Assembly: GCF_040938485.1 (NCBI RefSeq)
Contig: NW_027271646.1
Span: forward strand, 434,001-498,000
Direction: 5' to 3'
Length of the DNA stretch: 64,000 bases
Source: Diadema antillarum
Taxonomy: Eukaryota
Below are positions 60,722-64,000 of this stretch, one piece after another. Below the pieces are notes generated by a model. The model saw only the letters and a program-made list of their open reading frames with translations. It was not told the origin of the DNA and searched no databases. The position numbers were made by a program, and so were the translations under genes. Numbering within the stretch: the first letter of the stretch is position 1; each line of letters starts with the position of its first letter.

Positions 60722-62914
60722 AATCGCAAATAAATTTTGATTGTAGACGACTTGTTGGAGATATCCTTGTCGATGGGCAATAAGTAAAAGTCTTTATATC
60801 TCTTTTTAAGTTTTCGTTGATCACAAGAACACAAACTAGTGGTCGTGTTCTTTCCACACTTTTAACACAAAGAGGTCTGTGGATTTTCCGTCTATAGAAA
60901 AAAAAAAGAACTCTGGGAAATCTGAAACAACTGATTACACCTTTCAGACCAAGATGATTTGCAGAGAAATTCGGTCGTTCAGATCAGGCAGCAACGCATT
61001 CAACTTGTGGCTCTCAATACATGTATCAATCGTTAAAGATGCGGAGTGTAATGTCGCATGCTTAAGAGTCAGTGTTCTCGGGCCTTTCAAGGTGATAGCG
61101 AAGATGATCATAGCATTGCAACACAGCAAATGACGAAGACACGATCTCTTGTGGGGAGCAGTCCACTTATAACCCTACACCTGCTCTCGGTTCAAAATCG
61201 TCGACCTACAGGGGCATGACACATTGCGCGTTCTGGTGCGTTCGCCAAATGGACCCCCTCCTCCCCGACACCGTTTGAACGGTATGAGCCTTCCGCTAAC
61301 AGCAGAGCTCTTATGTAGGATTAATCACTTATCGTGGACGGACGGGTGGAGCAGAGATGGCTAGCAGGGGAAAGTGACTTGGGCCTCAACCTTCGCCGAG
61401 AGTCAGACAAAAATGGAGGGCTCCTGTTGCAAATGAGTGCAAAGAAGTCACCTAGGAGATGTTGCGGTTTAAGGTGCGATCAACAGACCTTAATATAAAA
61501 GGTTCAGAATTGAAATTTTGGTTCGAAAATACCTGACAGATTCAAGATTTCCACTTCACAAAAATGTCAGTCTCTGAACACATTTCTTTCTCGTTTCCCT
61601 GAAGGACAGAAAGATTATTAACGTTTCACAATCTCCGTGTCAACGAACTGTTTATTTAATCTCCATGACGAAATTATTTTTGGAAATAAAGTGCACATTA
61701 AAAGATAGCAATGTGCACGTTAATGAATGAGTGCGTTTTTGTGTTATATGTATATGTGTGTGACATATCGAGAGAAGAAAAGATTGAATATTTATGCAAC
61801 TCTAAGGAAAGATTCAAGACAAAAAAAGAGTCATCAGTAAACGCGATTTTGATTAAGTATGTCATTTATAGCAATCGTCATTTTTTCCTCGTTTTTTGAT
61901 CATGGCATTCTATTTTCATTTTCAAAGATGGATTCCTTATATGAGCTGGGGAAACTTGAGTAAAATTTGGAGATTCTTTGTGAAAGGGTATGATATTATG
62001 CACCAGGGTTCTTCCTGCATGCTTTCCAGGGCTGCCCCAGGAGACTTGAACATACATCCTCTTGCTTCAGCTCCGACGAGCCGTATCCAATGCCTGGATT
62101 CCGGGACAACACGGTGCTGTATTAATAGATTATCCGGATACTGACTCACTCGCCTATTCGTGACCGTAGCTCGCCGAGACCCGTTCTCCTATTCATGGAA
62201 GGCTGCAGGAACCACGGACGGACGGGAGACGGATTTCGAATCTTATATACATTCCAAAATTTGAGGTTGGCACAAGTTGCCAAGAACTGGGGGAAGGGAT
62301 GGAAGGGGATTCGAAGGGTGAGAAGTTTAAGAAGGGACCAGAGAAGGGAGAGCACATTTCATGATTTGAATTGAGAAATGTTTCAGTGATGAAGTTGACG
62401 CTTGCATCCACTTTCAGCAGAGCTCATAAGATTCAGTTGATATCATACCGTTAAATCATTACTTCTAACAGCAGCAATAAACAACAATATGATTAAGCTT
62501 CCCACATTCGTCCTCATTTAATGTGCTGGTGCAAACTACACTGCTAAATAGCAAGTACTATTAGATGACATACTACATGATATACTACACATAAATTCAC
62601 TTGCGTGCGTGCAATGTATGTATGTATGCGATGTTTGTAAGTGATTGTGTTTCACTTTTTTTTCCTGCAAATACCCCCACAAGCATCTCCTTTTCTGTAG
62701 GTTCCCCCGCACAATTAATAGTCTTAATCATCCAATAAGAATGTTACGTACTGTAGACGAATATAAATCCATATTGTATCCTGAAATATTACTTAAAGTT
62801 TGTACACAGATAATTGTTACTCTTCATTGATCTCTAAATGTACAATATGTTACAAATGTGTGGAAACTTCATTAATTAAATGGGGAAAAATCAAGTGAAT
62901 TATAATATATGATA

Positions 62915-62955
<41 letters not shown>

Positions 62956-63203
62956 TTATATATATAGGCCTATATATATTTTGTAATATATATAATGTAT
63001 ATATACATATCATATATCATATATTTACATTTGTCTGTAGCTGGCGGTTGACAGCAGGCATAAAATGCTGCAATGAGTATCAACTATGCCATGAATAGAT
63101 GGATGTAATGTTCTGTTTTAAGGTTTCCGTTGCACATTGACCGTGACTGAGACAAGTTCTATACAAAAGTATACTGACTCTGCTCTCTCATTCTGAGTTT
63201 GTA

Positions 63204-63737
63204 CACTGCAAAAAGTCCGGTGTTAAATATGAAACGCCGAGCTGGTGTTAAATTTCCGATGCTCATTCATGGTGTTAGATTAACACCTCCGGGTGTCATT
63301 TCAAAATTTAAAATTGTTTTTTGAATAGTTTCTAAGTTACTGCACTTCTTGTTAGTTTTGAACTTCAACAAGACGATAAAGAATTTTCCGATGAAGTACT
63401 TGATTTTTGAAAAAAGTCTGTAAATACATTTACACCACAGTAACACCAGTTGGTGTGGTCCCCTATTAAAGCTGGACGGGTGTTATACCATTGAAATTAA
63501 CACCACCAATATCAAATCAACACCATGCGGTGTCATTATTGAATTAACTCTATAGCGCAGTGTCAAAAATATCACCAGCCACAGTGTCAAATTAACACCA
63601 CGAAGTGCCAGGCGAACATTTTTTAACACCGTCACAATACATTTTCTACACCTGTGGGTGTGGTCTTCTATTGAAGTTTGATCGGTGTTAGATTTAACAC
63701 CCATGGTGTTTAATCTAACACCGATGTTTTTACAGTG
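63204..63737 (-). mobile_element. CMC/EnSpm-type MITE copy 3
   Basis: CACTGCAAAAA...TTTTTACAGTG termini, 2-bp TSD TA/TA; collinear with 10344-10876. Confidence 0.85.
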
Positions 63738-64000
63738 TAGCTGCAAATGAAAAATGTTTTCATTCGGTGGTAAGGCAAGCTAGCGGTGCAAAGGACATCG
63801 GAGCAAGGATTCAAGTGAGCCACTCAAACGAGACTTGGAGCAAAATTTTCGCTTTACCCGTGAAGTACTGACAAGATTAGCAAGATGAAAAGCAACGAAG
63901 TTAGATACAAATTATAAAATCAAATTCGAGAAACAGCTTTCATTGTACAGTCATAATGACGGCTATTTTTCCCCGTTTTTAATCAAAATTAGAGTCGGGA

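Noticed and set aside
62690-62780. FPRTINSLN...YKSIL resembling a CR1/L2 ORF2 C-terminus
   Set aside because: The similarity is short and degenerate with no upstream RT remnant, so it is too weak to annotate.

Overview
AT-rich animal genomic DNA, probably an echinoderm or related marine invertebrate (inferred from repeat types and death-domain style), with two N gaps (18527-18668, 41561-41703). Host genes: an intronless aminergic class A GPCR (13052-14383 +); two convergent 3-exon rolling stone (FAR-17a/AIG1-like) membrane-protein paralogues (35026-40014 + and 51037-60721 -) with matching intron positions; and between them a small gene that appears to encode only two tandem death domains (44010-46946 +), with a perfect kappaB site upstream. 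The main feature is a 14.7-kb, three-LTR Ty3/Gypsy composite on the minus strand (18669-33401). It joins an apparently intact gag-pol element to a partner that keeps gag, the -1 frameshift signal and integrase but lacks protease, RT and RNase H through an in-frame deletion. The outer LTRs are about 99% identical and the middle LTR is a mosaic. Both units carry a UUUAAAC slippery site and a predicted pseudoknot with a compensatory base-pair change. One LTR is interrupted by a 3.17-kb foldback CMC/EnSpm-type element, which explains the many repetitive ORFs at 19.4-22.6 kb. Many non-autonomous DNA transposons (CMC, Kolobok, Harbinger, hAT5-like, Helentron-like) were delimited by TIRs and TSDs read from the sequence. 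All alignments were done by eye and family assignments rest on recalled motifs; no database search was run.
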